A stretch of DNA of 64,000 nucleotides from Elusimicrobiota bacterium (GTDB taxonomy: Bacteria; Elusimicrobiota; Elusimicrobia; UBA1565; UBA9628). The stretch is from assembly GCA_016234805.1 (NCBI GenBank), contig JACRNU010000054.1:24329-88328 (forward strand), in the 5' to 3' direction. The notes under the pieces were generated by a model. That model was given only the letters and a program-made list of their open reading frames with translations. It searched no databases and had not been told where the DNA came from. The translations under genes and the position numbers were made by a program. Shown piece after piece: positions 26,505 to 34,700 of the stretch (the first letter of the stretch is position 1; each line of letters starts with the position of its first letter).

Positions 26505-26894
26505 ATGAAATGCATGAATTGCGGGCAGGACAACAAGGACACGGCCAAGGCGTGCAGGAAGTGCGGCCGCGACCTTTCCACTCCGCCGGCGTGGTTCCCG
26601 GACGCGAAGTGGCACATGCGCACACTGGGGATCATCTACGCGTGCCTGGTGGTCCTGTACTTCGGAGTCTCCTTCCTCCTGCGAAGATTGCCCAGGCCCT
26701 ACCACATCCGCGACATCGCGCCCGAGATGACGCCCTGGCTCAAGCGGCCGGGTCTGCCCAAGCACCTGCCGGAGGAGCAGCTCAAAGCTCCGGCGAGTCC
26801 CCCGAAGCCTGTCTCGGAAGCGGGAGCCACTGGCGGCAAGGGACCGCCGTCCCCGAAGGCGCCGGACGTTCTCCTCTCGCCGGAGGGGGAGTGA
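26505..26894 (+). CDS. Zinc-ribbon (CxxC...CxxC) membrane protein; its C-terminal tail is encoded by a 57-bp repeat copy
   Basis: MKCMNCGQDNKDTAKACRKCG followed by one TM segment. The last ~25 aa (...[23 protein letters not shown]) derive from repeat copy E. Confidence 0.5.
   Translation: MKCMNCGQDNKDTAKACRKCGRDLSTPPAWFPDAKWHMRTLGIIYACLVVLYFGVSFLLRRLPRPYHIRDIAPEMTPWLKRPGLPKHLPEEQLKAPASPPKPVSEAGATGGKGPPSPKAPDVLLSPEGE
26828..26890. repeat. 57-bp repeat family copy E
   Basis: CACTGGCGGCAAGGGACCGCCGTCCCCGAAGGCGCCGGACGTTCTCCTCTCGCCGGAGGGGGA, the reverse complement of copy D. Confidence 0.75.
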
Positions 26895-27484
26895 GACGGA
26901 TCCTGGCTCTCGCCGGCCTGGTCGCTCTGGCGGCCTCCTGCAAGGAGGTCAAGCCGGACGCCCACGCGCCGCAGCAGAGCCTCGAGGATTTCACCATGAC
27001 CCGGTCGAAGGACGGGGTCCCGGTCTGGCTGCTCCAGTCTCGCGTCGCCTTTCTCCGCGAGGACTCCAAGAAGGCGCTCCTGTCCGAGCCGCGTCTGGAG
27101 GTCCGGGAGCTCGGCAAGCCCATCCTTAGGGCGCAGGCGCGCAGGGGCACGGCCCACATCGAGAACCACGACGTCCTCCTGTCAGGGGCCGCCAAGCTCT
27201 TCTTTGTGCAGGAGGATTCGACCCTGGAAACCGAAGAGCTCATGTTCGTGCCCCAGACCCGCCAGTTCCGCAGCGACCGCGAGGTCGTGCTGCGGCGGCC
27301 GGGCGCGGTGGTCCGGGGCACGGGCTGCGTGGCCGGCTCGGACCTCTCCGAGGTCAAGATCTTCAATCAGAAGTCCGTCATCCAGCCGGGCGCTTCCGCG
27401 CCCATGCGGAGTGTCGCCCCAGCCGCGGTCCGGACCATCCCTGCCGCTGATTCAAGCCGCGCCAAAGGGGGGTCCGGCGGATGA
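26891..27484 (+). CDS. lptC: LPS export system protein LptC-like
   Basis: GTG start with an N-terminal anchor (VRRILALAGLVALAASC), about 190 aa, predicted beta-jellyroll periplasmic protein. It sits immediately upstream of lptA-lptB. The call rests on position and size. Confidence 0.55.
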   Translation: MRRILALAGLVALAASCKEVKPDAHAPQQSLEDFTMTRSKDGVPVWLLQSRVAFLREDSKKALLSEPRLEVRELGKPILRAQARRGTAHIENHDVLLSGAAKLFFVQEDSTLETEELMFVPQTRQFRSDREVVLRRPGAVVRGTGCVAGSDLSEVKIFNQKSVIQPGASAPMRSVAPAAVRTIPAADSSRAKGGSGG

Positions 27485-28293
27485 GGCTCGCCCTGATGAT
27501 CATCTTTCTCGCCGCGCCCCTGGCCGCCAACGCCGCGGACGCCGCCCCCGCTGCCGGTGCCGACTCCCGGAAACCCCTGGCCGCCACCTTCGTGAGCAGC
27601 AAGGAATGGATGATGCGCCGGTCCCCCGTCAAGGAAGAAGAGTTCACCGGAGACGTGCGGTACTGGACCTACTCGCGGTTCGTGCGCGCTGATTGGGCCT
27701 TGTACCGGCATGATGACGAGACCTGGGCCGCCCGCGGCAACATCCGGGCGGAGCACACCCTGCCCAGGGGACGCGGGGTCTGCGAGGTCTTCGGCGAAAA
27801 GGCGGTCTTCGACCAGAAGCGCCGGACCGGTTCCCTGACCGGCAAGAAGGGCTATGTCGACGTCGTCCTCTCCAGCCCCGGCGGGGGCAAGGACTTCGGC
27901 CGGGCCGGGCGCCTGGTATGGGAGTTCGACAAGAACGTCTCCCTGCTCGACGGAGTCCGGCTCTGGGGGGATCGGGTGGAGGCCTGGGCGGACCGGGCGG
28001 ACTACGACCAGGTCTCCGGCGTCATGAGGCTTTCCGGAGGCAGACCCGTCCTGCATAAGAAGATCGGAGATTGGACCGCGGCCATCAAGGCGGACACGAT
28101 CATCGCGCTCGAGCCTGTCCCGGCCGCGCCTGGCGCGATGACCGAGCCGGGGTATCCACGCAGCGGGCCCTTTCCGCAGGGCTCCAAGGACGCCGGCAGG
28201 GCGGAGACCATGCCCAGTCACTTGCTGGCCGAGGGGGCTGTCCGAGGCTGGATCGACTTCAAGAACAAGCCCGTCTCCCCCCTGGAGCCATGA
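27481..28293 (+). CDS. lptA: LPS export periplasmic protein LptA (OstA N-terminal-like)
   Basis: Signal peptide plus an OstA-like beta-jellyroll. It overlaps the lptC stop and the lptB start. Confidence 0.65.
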   Translation: MRLALMIIFLAAPLAANAADAAPAAGADSRKPLAATFVSSKEWMMRRSPVKEEEFTGDVRYWTYSRFVRADWALYRHDDETWAARGNIRAEHTLPRGRGVCEVFGEKAVFDQKRRTGSLTGKKGYVDVVLSSPGGGKDFGRAGRLVWEFDKNVSLLDGVRLWGDRVEAWADRADYDQVSGVMRLSGGRPVLHKKIGDWTAAIKADTIIALEPVPAAPGAMTEPGYPRSGPFPQGSKDAGRAETMPSHLLAEGAVRGWIDFKNKPVSPLEP

Positions 28294-29009
28294 GACTCGC
28301 CGCTGTCGACCTGCGCAAGCGCTACGGCGAGAGGGAGGTCGTCAAGGGTCTCTCTCTGGAGGTCCGTTCCGGGGAGATCGTGGGGCTGCTGGGCCCCAAC
28401 GGGGCCGGCAAGACCACGACCTTCTACAGCATGGTGGGCTTCATCCGGCCCGAGAGCGGGGCCATCATGATCGACGAGGAGAACGTCACGGACCTGCCGA
28501 TGTACGCCCGCGCCAGGCGGGGCATGGGCTACCTCGCCCAGGAGCCCACCGTGTTCGCGGGCCTGACCGTGGAGCAGAACCTGCGGGCCATCCTGGAGAG
28601 GACCATCGACAGCAGGCTCGACCAGATGCGCAAGGTCAAGGAGCTCCTCGAGGAGTTCGGCCTCTGGGAGCTCAGGCGCCAGTACGCGGGCAGCCTTTCC
28701 GGGGGCGAGAAGCGGCGGCTCGTGGTGGCCAGGGCCATGATCCATTCGCCCAAGCTCCTGCTGCTCGACGAGCCCTTCGTGGGCATCGACCCCATCACCG
28801 TGGGAGAGCTCAAGAAGATGATCCTCGACCTCAAGGCCCAGGGCATCGGGTGCCTCATCACGGACCACAACGTGCGGGAGACCTTGCCCATCCTCGACAG
28901 GGCCTACCTCATCTACGACGGCAAGATCCTCTTCGAGGGGGCGTCCAAAAACCTCCTCGAGGACCCCAAGGCGCGCTCCCTCTACCTGGGAGAAGACTTC
29001 AAGATCTGA
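28290..29009 (+). CDS. lptB: LPS export ABC transporter ATP-binding protein LptB
   Basis: Walker A GPNGAGKTTTF, the signature LSGGEKRRLVVARAM, Walker B LLLDEPFVGID and the H-loop. Confidence 0.9.
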   Translation: MRLAAVDLRKRYGEREVVKGLSLEVRSGEIVGLLGPNGAGKTTTFYSMVGFIRPESGAIMIDEENVTDLPMYARARRGMGYLAQEPTVFAGLTVEQNLRAILERTIDSRLDQMRKVKELLEEFGLWELRRQYAGSLSGGEKRRLVVARAMIHSPKLLLLDEPFVGIDPITVGELKKMILDLKAQGIGCLITDHNVRETLPILDRAYLIYDGKILFEGASKNLLEDPKARSLYLGEDFKI

Positions 29010-29017
29010 GGCGGGCG

Positions 29018-29398
29018 ATGACCGACAACCCCAGCCGGAAGAGGATCGTGGTGGTCGATGACGATCCCATCATGAGGGACCTCTACGACGCCATCCTCTC
29101 CGACGATTTCGAGGTCCAGCTCGCCGAAGACGGCGAGGAGGGTCTCGAACTGGCCAGGAAAGCCGTGCCCGATCTGGCCATCATCGACGTCAACATGCCG
29201 AAGATGCACGGCTTCGAGCTCTGCCGCAGGCTGCGTGCCGAGGCCTCCCTGGCCAAGACCAGGATCATGTTCGTCTCGGCCAAGTCCTACGAGGGCGACA
29301 TCAAGACCGCCAAGGAGATCGGCGCAGACGAGTACATGGTCAAGCCCTTCGAGGCGAAGGTCCTGCTGGAGACGGTCCGCAAGCTCTTGGCCTGCTGA
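29018..29398 (+). CDS. Single-domain response regulator receiver (CheY-like)
   Basis: Motifs IVVVDDDPIMRDL...DLAIIDVNMPKMHGFEL...VSAKS...KPF. Confidence 0.8.
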   Translation: MTDNPSRKRIVVVDDDPIMRDLYDAILSDDFEVQLAEDGEEGLELARKAVPDLAIIDVNMPKMHGFELCRRLRAEASLAKTRIMFVSAKSYEGDIKTAKEIGADEYMVKPFEAKVLLETVRKLLAC

Positions 29399-29400
29399 CC

Positions 29401-29477
29401 CTGCTCCCCTTCAGGGGGCCTGGCGCAAGGGCGCCAGGTCCCCGAAGGGCAGGCGTCCTCCGCTCCCGGAGGGGGCC
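29401..29477. repeat. 57-bp repeat family copy F (canonical form) between convergent genes; it encodes the C-terminal tail of the minus-strand metalloprotease
   Basis: CCTGGCGCAAGGGCGCCAGGTCCCCGAAGGGCAGGCGTCCTCCGCTCCCGGAGGGGGCC, preceded by a CCCCTTCAGGGGG mini-hairpin. Confidence 0.8.
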
Positions 29478-31273
29478 ATGCTGCGCCGCTTGAGCAGGAG
29501 GAAGGCGAGCCTGAGGTGCCGGGGAAGGACCGAGCCTGCGAGCGAGCTCATGATGCTGGCTGGGTTCTGGAACTCCACCGAAGCGCGCAGGTCCGGGTCG
29601 TAGCCGTTGCGGTACTCGTCGGCCAGGCCCATGGTGTGGCCGAACTCGTGGGCTGCGGTGGCGTACTGGAGGTCGTGGCCCAGGAGGATGACGTCCGGCC
29701 CGGCCAGGGAGAGCCACTTGTCATTGTCCCGGATGGCCAGGGCTCCCTGGGAGAAAGCGGTCCCAGGGGCGAGCTTGCGGATCTCGATCTCCGTCCTGAA
29801 GGTGTGGGTCTTCTTCTGGAACTCGAAGCTGCCCTGCCAGTACTCCTCGATGGAGGCTTTGACGGACCGGAGCACGGCGTCGTCCTGGATGTCGGTCTCG
29901 AACGAGGCCTTCACCACCCAGCCGCCCTTCTCCGCGGACAGGCGCAAGCCTTTGTTGTCCGGGACCCATACGATGCCGCGGGCCCTGCCCGTGATGGATT
30001 CGGGGTTGAGGAAGCCGTTCACCAGCGAGTAGGACGCGATGCGCTCCACCCCGGTGAAGAGCACGCCCGCCTTGCGCTTGTAATCCTCGAGCACAGCGAT
30101 GAGCTTCTGCGCGGTGAATTCCTTGGCTGAAAGAGAATATCCCTCGATGCGGCGCGAGAACTTGGCGCTGCGCGCAGCGATCTGGTAGCGGGAGAGGTGC
30201 TTCTCCACGAGGAACCGCCACTCCTTGACCATGGCCGCCCAATCAGCCGTCTTGTTGACCAGGGAGACCTCGGTGTCGCGGTCCTGCCCGCGAGATTCCT
30301 TGGGGAGCGGAGGCTTGATCTGCCAGGGGTGCTCGACTTTCTCCTGCGCCTGGCCCGTGGGAGCGCCGGTCTGGGCTGGAGACGGGGCGAGCAGGCTCTG
30401 GACCTTGCCGTCGAGAGTCCGCATGGGCTTGAGATAGGGGTTTTCGCTCAGGGCCTTCACGGTCCCCTTGAGTCGTTCGTTGAGCGCCTGGGCCAGTCGG
30501 CCGCGCTCCATGGCCGGCAGGTCGCTTTCCGCCACGCGGCGCAGACTTCCGATCATGGCGTTGAGCGTCAGAGCCATGGCCTGCCGCTCGTTACGCAGCC
30601 AGGGGAGGACCTCTTCCATGGCTTTCGCGTCCCAAAGGATGAAGGCTTGGAACCCCTGGCTGGTCAGGATGGGATGGGCTCCTGTCACGAACTCGGCTTC
30701 CATCCAGGAGACCTGCTTGCTGTCCAAATCAGTGACAGGCCCGGCAGGAGGCAGGTCTTCCTGGGCTTCGGCCAGGGTCTCCCCGATCAAAGCTTTCTCG
30801 ATCTCCTGTCCGGCCCGGCGGCTTCCGTCCGGGGAGGCCTTGTCATCCCCTGCTGTCTTCAAGGGGGCGGCAATGGTCTCGCTCAACTGAAGGATGCGCG
30901 ATTCAAGGCTGGTTGCGGCTTTCCTTTCAGCCGATGTCTGTGAGGGTCCGGCCGGCGTCAGGACCGGGACCGCGGCGCTGAGAGAGGGGACGACCGAGTC
31001 CTTGATCTCCGGAGCAGGCAGACTGAGCAGCGCGATTGAAACAGGGATGATGCTGCCGGCCGGGGCCGCGAGGCTCAGGGAAAGCTGGTTCTGGAAGGAG
31101 GGCCCTGAGATCGGGCTGACCGGCGCCGCCAAGATCGAGCCCGGGACTGTCCGGATCCGGATGGGAGCGGTCCTGATGGTCTGGCACCAGGATGTGCCGG
31201 TCAGGACCAGGGCCGCGGCAAGGATAGGACTCGGGAACGCCATTGATTGATTATGCTTGCAGGATAAGACCAT
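29411..31273 (-). CDS. Secreted zinc metallopeptidase-like protein (HEXXH)
   Basis: 620 aa with a signal-peptide-like N-terminus and HEFGHTMGLADEY near the C-terminus. The last 19 aa (SGSGGRLPFGDLAPLRQAP) are read from repeat copy F. Confidence 0.5.
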   Translation of the reverse strand: MVLSCKHNQSMAFPSPILAAALVLTGTSWCQTIRTAPIRIRTVPGSILAAPVSPISGPSFQNQLSLSLAAPAGSIIPVSIALLSLPAPEIKDSVVPSLSAAVPVLTPAGPSQTSAERKAATSLESRILQLSETIAAPLKTAGDDKASPDGSRRAGQEIEKALIGETLAEAQEDLPPAGPVTDLDSKQVSWMEAEFVTGAHPILTSQGFQAFILWDAKAMEEVLPWLRNERQAMALTLNAMIGSLRRVAESDLPAMERGRLAQALNERLKGTVKALSENPYLKPMRTLDGKVQSLLAPSPAQTGAPTGQAQEKVEHPWQIKPPLPKESRGQDRDTEVSLVNKTADWAAMVKEWRFLVEKHLSRYQIAARSAKFSRRIEGYSLSAKEFTAQKLIAVLEDYKRKAGVLFTGVERIASYSLVNGFLNPESITGRARGIVWVPDNKGLRLSAEKGGWVVKASFETDIQDDAVLRSVKASIEEYWQGSFEFQKKTHTFRTEIEIRKLAPGTAFSQGALAIRDNDKWLSLAGPDVILLGHDLQYATAAHEFGHTMGLADEYRNGYDPDLRASVEFQNPASIMSSLAGSVLPRHLRLAFLLLKRRSMAPSGSGGRLPFGDLAPLRQAP

Positions 31274-31298
31274 GGAGAGGGTCCTAGGACCCAGAAGG

Positions 31299-31325
31299 GA
31301 TGGATAGAGGGCCTAAACCATAGGG
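31299..31325. repeat. 22-bp direct repeat GGGCCTAAACC(A)TAGGGCCTAT, left copy
   Basis: It recurs at 33553-33580 with one mismatch. The two copies bracket a 2.25-kb pseudopilin and Cys-rich-protein module. Confidence 0.75.
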
Positions 31326-31448
31326 CCTATAAGAGCTGCTCCGATTGGTCACCACGCCTGCCGCCGAGCAGCAACGGGCGCACACGGATTTTGCGAATTA
31401 TGCCGCACTTCCCATCAGATGTCGCTGGACCCCGCGAAGAACTTCAGG

Positions 31449-32033
31449 CTAGGGCACGCACAGGCACTTCACCGCCGACCCGGTCACATCCGCCATGACC
31501 CCTCCCTTGAAGAGGCGCCCTGCGGCGGAGTCCGTGCAATAACGGTTGCAGGCCGCCAGGCAGGCCAGCTCGTTCCAGTCATCGCCGGCTCCGCAGGAGC
31601 CGACGTACTCCTTCAGGGCGGCGAAGCTGACGGTCGCCACCAGGGCGCTCATCGGCCGCCAGCCCTGCCTGAGCCTGAGGTTCAGGTCCTGCGTGTCGGT
31701 GGTGTAGATGAGCGCGCCCTCCGTCGTGATGGCGTCCCTCTGCGTCGTGTTCATGCGGGGCGGGAGGAACCCCGCGGTCGTGGACTCCACGTCGAGCGCT
31801 CCGTTCGGGTTGGTCGTGCCCACGCCCACGCGTCCGCCGTCCCGGGCCAGCAGGGTGACGCCCGTGGTGGTCAGCCGCTGATAGACGCCAGCGGGCGACG
31901 GATAGTAGGTCGTCATGGTGAGCGACTCGGAGCCGAGTTCGGCCGCGCAGAGGCAGACCAGGCAGGCCGCCAGGATGCCGCGCGCCTGCCCGCGGCCGAA
32001 CCGGATGCGGATGACGATCTCCCTTTCTTCCAT
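31449..32033 (-). CDS. Secreted Gly/Thr-rich protein with a Cys-rich C-terminal domain (tail-fibre-like motif pair)
   Basis: Hydrophobic N-terminus, then GVGTTNPNGALDV...PRMNTTQRDAITTEGALIYTTDTQDLNLRLRQGW, then 8 Cys in the last 50 aa (CGAGDDWNELACLAACNRYC...KCLCVP). The start codon is uncertain. Confidence 0.45.
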   Translation of the reverse strand: MEEREIVIRIRFGRGQARGILAACLVCLCAAELGSESLTMTTYYPSPAGVYQRLTTTGVTLLARDGGRVGVGTTNPNGALDVESTTAGFLPPRMNTTQRDAITTEGALIYTTDTQDLNLRLRQGWRPMSALVATVSFAALKEYVGSCGAGDDWNELACLAACNRYCTDSAAGRLFKGGVMADVTGSAVKCLCVP

Positions 32034-32120
32034 AGAGGCCCTCCGTACCTCATCTTAGCACTATCCGAAGGGATTGCGAAAGGCGCGCCACAACGATATA
32101 CTCCGAGGAAGGACCGAACC

Positions 32121-32537
32121 ATGGACTCCCGGGGAACAACCTTCGTCGAGCTGATGGTCGCGACCGTGCTGCTCGCCTCGGCGGCCTCGATGGTGGGCTC
32201 CGTCTTCCTGAGCGGCAGCCAGCAATCAGCGCGGGCGCAGCGGCGGGAGGAGGGCTCCGTTTGCCTTCAGCAGCTCATGGACGAGCTCAGGAACTACGTG
32301 ACGGCGGACACCGGAACGGTCGCGGCCGCTCCCGGCGGGAGCTGGGCGCTCCCGGGCGACGGCTGCGGGTCCTGCTGGGCGCTCCAGCCGGGCAAGCACG
32401 ACGTCACGGCCCGTCTCCCGACCGCCTGGGCCGGCGTCGGCATGGAAGCGGCGATGAGCTACACCGTGGCCGGGGAATCCCGCAACGGGCTCACCGTGCG
32501 GCGCGTGGACGCCCGCATCGACTGGAATGTGCGCTAA
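32121..32537 (+). CDS. Minor pseudopilin (prepilin-type N-terminal cleavage/methylation domain)
   Basis: MDSRGTTFVELMVATVLLASAA gives G|TTFVEL with a Glu at +5, followed by a hydrophobic helix. Confidence 0.6.
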   Translation: MDSRGTTFVELMVATVLLASAASMVGSVFLSGSQQSARAQRREEGSVCLQQLMDELRNYVTADTGTVAAAPGGSWALPGDGCGSCWALQPGKHDVTARLPTAWAGVGMEAAMSYTVAGESRNGLTVRRVDARIDWNVR

Positions 32538-33132
32538 GAGACTCCTTCCGCGCGGCCGAGGCGGCGTCACTCTCGTCGAGCTGCTCCTCTGCATGACCCT
32601 TTTCTCCATGGTCCTCGCGGCCGTCCTCCAGATCGAGTACATGGGACTCAGGGCTCAGATGCGCTCCGCCGCCGCGATGGTCGTGAGCGCCAACGTCGTC
32701 CTGGCCCGCCAAGCCCTGGTCGGCGCGCTCCAGCCTGCGTGCGACGTGCTGAGCCCGGCTCCCGGCTCCCGGGGGCCCTCCCTCACCGTGCTGCATAACT
32801 ACGACGCCGAGTTGCGGCAGCCCCTGATAAGCGGCTTGCCGGCCGAGCTCTCGTACTTCTGCGTGGATGAGGGGAAGCGACGATTGTTCCTCTACCGCGG
32901 GCCCGTCACGGCCGCCTTCGGGGACTGCGGCTCGCTGCCGGGCCTGGGCGTCGAACGGGTCCTCGTCGCGGGAGGCGACAACTTCCGCGTCACGGCGGAT
33001 TTCTCCCGTCCGCCGGCCGCGAACAACCTGGTGGCGGCGGACTTCACCGTGTCCCTCCGGCACGCCTCGCTCACCACGGACACCACGGTGACGCGTCATC
33101 TCGAGGTGGGCTTTCGCCATGCCCTGCGATAG
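32527..33132 (+). CDS. Minor pseudopilin (GspJ-like)
   Basis: ...RGRGGVTLVELLLCMTLFSMVLAAV is a prepilin-like leader plus helix. Its start overlaps the previous gene. Confidence 0.55.
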   Translation: MCAKRLLPRGRGGVTLVELLLCMTLFSMVLAAVLQIEYMGLRAQMRSAAAMVVSANVVLARQALVGALQPACDVLSPAPGSRGPSLTVLHNYDAELRQPLISGLPAELSYFCVDEGKRRLFLYRGPVTAAFGDCGSLPGLGVERVLVAGGDNFRVTADFSRPPAANNLVAADFTVSLRHASLTTDTTVTRHLEVGFRHALR

Positions 33133-33481
33133 AGCCCGGTCCCTGCGCCTCGCGGGCGGCCGCACCGGGTCGGTCCTGATATGGGTCGAGGTGACTCTGG
33201 TCATCCTCGCGATCATGAGCAGCCTGGTGGTCAGGATCGCTATGAACCAGCACACCATGGTCGCCCGGGCCAACGACTCGGCCCAGATGCGGCTGGCGGC
33301 CCTGGCGGCGGAGAGCCAGGCCGCGGCCTGCCTCTACGACGAAGGGGATTTCGGCCGCGCCCACTGCTCGCTGGCCTTGGCGGCCGCCTGCCTGCCGTCC
33401 CGGATCGCGGGCTACGACGTGACATTCACCGCCTCGGGCTCGCCCCCGTCCTGCGAGCTCAAGGTGAACCTCACCCGGTAG
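33119..33481 (+). CDS. Pseudopilin-like small protein
   Basis: Hydrophobic N-terminal helix VLIWVEVTLVILAIMSSLVV with a Glu, 120 aa. This is a weak call. Confidence 0.35.
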   Translation: MPCDRARSLRLAGGRTGSVLIWVEVTLVILAIMSSLVVRIAMNQHTMVARANDSAQMRLAALAAESQAAACLYDEGDFGRAHCSLALAAACLPSRIAGYDVTFTASGSPPSCELKVNLTR

Positions 33482-33552
33482 CCGATCCGTGTCGCATCCG
33501 GCCGCTTATGCCTCCCGCGAATCCAGTCCGGGAACCAGGCCTGTCTTTCGAC

Positions 33553-33580
33553 GAGGGGCCTAAACCCTAGGGCCTATTCG
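33553..33580. repeat. 22-bp direct repeat GGGCCTAAACC(C)TAGGGCCTAT, right copy
   Basis: Pairs with 31299-31325. Confidence 0.75.
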
Positions 33581-33599
33581 AGGAAAACTTATGTTCAGT

Positions 33600-34700
33600 C
33601 TAGGTATAGATTTCCAGATGGGTATGCAGGCCGGTCTTCCTGGCAAGGGCCAGGCCTTGGTCGAAGAGCTTCTCACCTTCAGTCGTGCGGCCTTGAGCGT
33701 GTCGGACCGCTGCCAGGGCCATGAGGGATAGAACGACGCCCCGGTGCTCCTCGAACCTGCCGAACCCTGAGAGAGCTGTCATGAGCCTTCGGCCTGCATC
33801 ATCGAGCCTGCCCTCTGCCATGGCGATCTTGCCCAGGCCCCAATCCACATAGGCCAGGTCCACCGGGTCCTTGATGAGGGTGTAGAGCCGGTGCGAGGCA
33901 GCGTAGCAGCCACGCGCTTCCTTCAGCCTGCCCAACTGCCGCAGGCAGTTGCCTGTCCCGCACTCGGCATAGGCTTGGGCGAAGAGGTCTTGGGTCTTGG
34001 CAAAGGCCTTCCTGCTGCGAAGGTACCAAGCCAGGGCAGCGGATAGGTTTCCCTTGATCCTCTCGATGCCGCCCAGGCCGAGCATGGCATATCCCCGGCC
34101 CATGGGATCCTTGGCCTTGCCTGCCAGAGCCAGGGAGTCCTCGTAGTCCTTGAGAGAGCCGGAGAGGTCGCCGCTGAAGCGTCGCGCTCCGCCCAGGGCC
34201 CAGAGGATGTAGGCCATGGCTGGAAGGTCCTTCCTGCGCCGGAAGAGCGCGAGGAATCCCGAGAGCTCCCGGATGCTCCGAGGGTAACGGCCCTCGGCCC
34301 GGTCGAGCAGGATGCCTTCGAGCCTGCAGCGTTCCGCGTGGGAGGCCAGGCCCTGTTTTTTGGCCAAGGACATCCCCTGGGAGAGGAGTCTCCTGGCCTT
34401 CGCGCATTCCCCGAGGCTGCGCAGCGCTGAGACCAGACCCAGGCAGGAATCGAGCCAGAGCACGGTGTCGCGGGACCGGTCCGTGCCGGCCAGGGCTTTC
34501 TCGTACCAGGGCCGGCATCCGCCCAGGCTGCCCATGGACCTCAGGCACTCTGCGCGCACATGCGCGTGCTCGGCGCGGAACTGCGGCGGCACGCCAAGGC
34601 CGAGAGCGCGCAATCCATCCTGAGGCCTGCCATCTTCGAGGAGCTGTTGGGCTTTCTCGAGGTCCTGCGCCGCGCTGAAAAGGTCCTTCGATGCGCTCAT
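33600..34700 (-). CDS. Tetratricopeptide-repeat protein
   Basis: 366 aa of consecutive TPR-like helical hairpins (AxxYxxxG-type spacing). Confidence 0.7.
   Translation of the reverse strand: MSASKDLFSAAQDLEKAQQLLEDGRPQDGLRALGLGVPPQFRAEHAHVRAECLRSMGSLGGCRPWYEKALAGTDRSRDTVLWLDSCLGLVSALRSLGECAKARRLLSQGMSLAKKQGLASHAERCRLEGILLDRAEGRYPRSIRELSGFLALFRRRKDLPAMAYILWALGGARRFSGDLSGSLKDYEDSLALAGKAKDPMGRGYAMLGLGGIERIKGNLSAALAWYLRSRKAFAKTQDLFAQAYAECGTGNCLRQLGRLKEARGCYAASHRLYTLIKDPVDLAYVDWGLGKIAMAEGRLDDAGRRLMTALSGFGRFEEHRGVVLSLMALAAVRHAQGRTTEGEKLFDQGLALARKTGLHTHLEIYT

Noticed and set aside
31419-32537. 372-aa ORF upstream-extended version of the first pseudopilin gene
   Set aside because: The extension runs antisense through the Cys-rich protein gene and is low-complexity. 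The prepilin-type leader begins at the internal ATG at 32121.
31299-33580. Integrated prophage or ICE fragment delimited by att-like direct repeats
   Set aside because: No integrase, recombinase, tRNA or phage structural genes lie inside or adjacent. Only 2.25 kb is bounded. The module is retained as a finding (a cassette bounded by direct repeats), but calling it a prophage or ICE is not supported.
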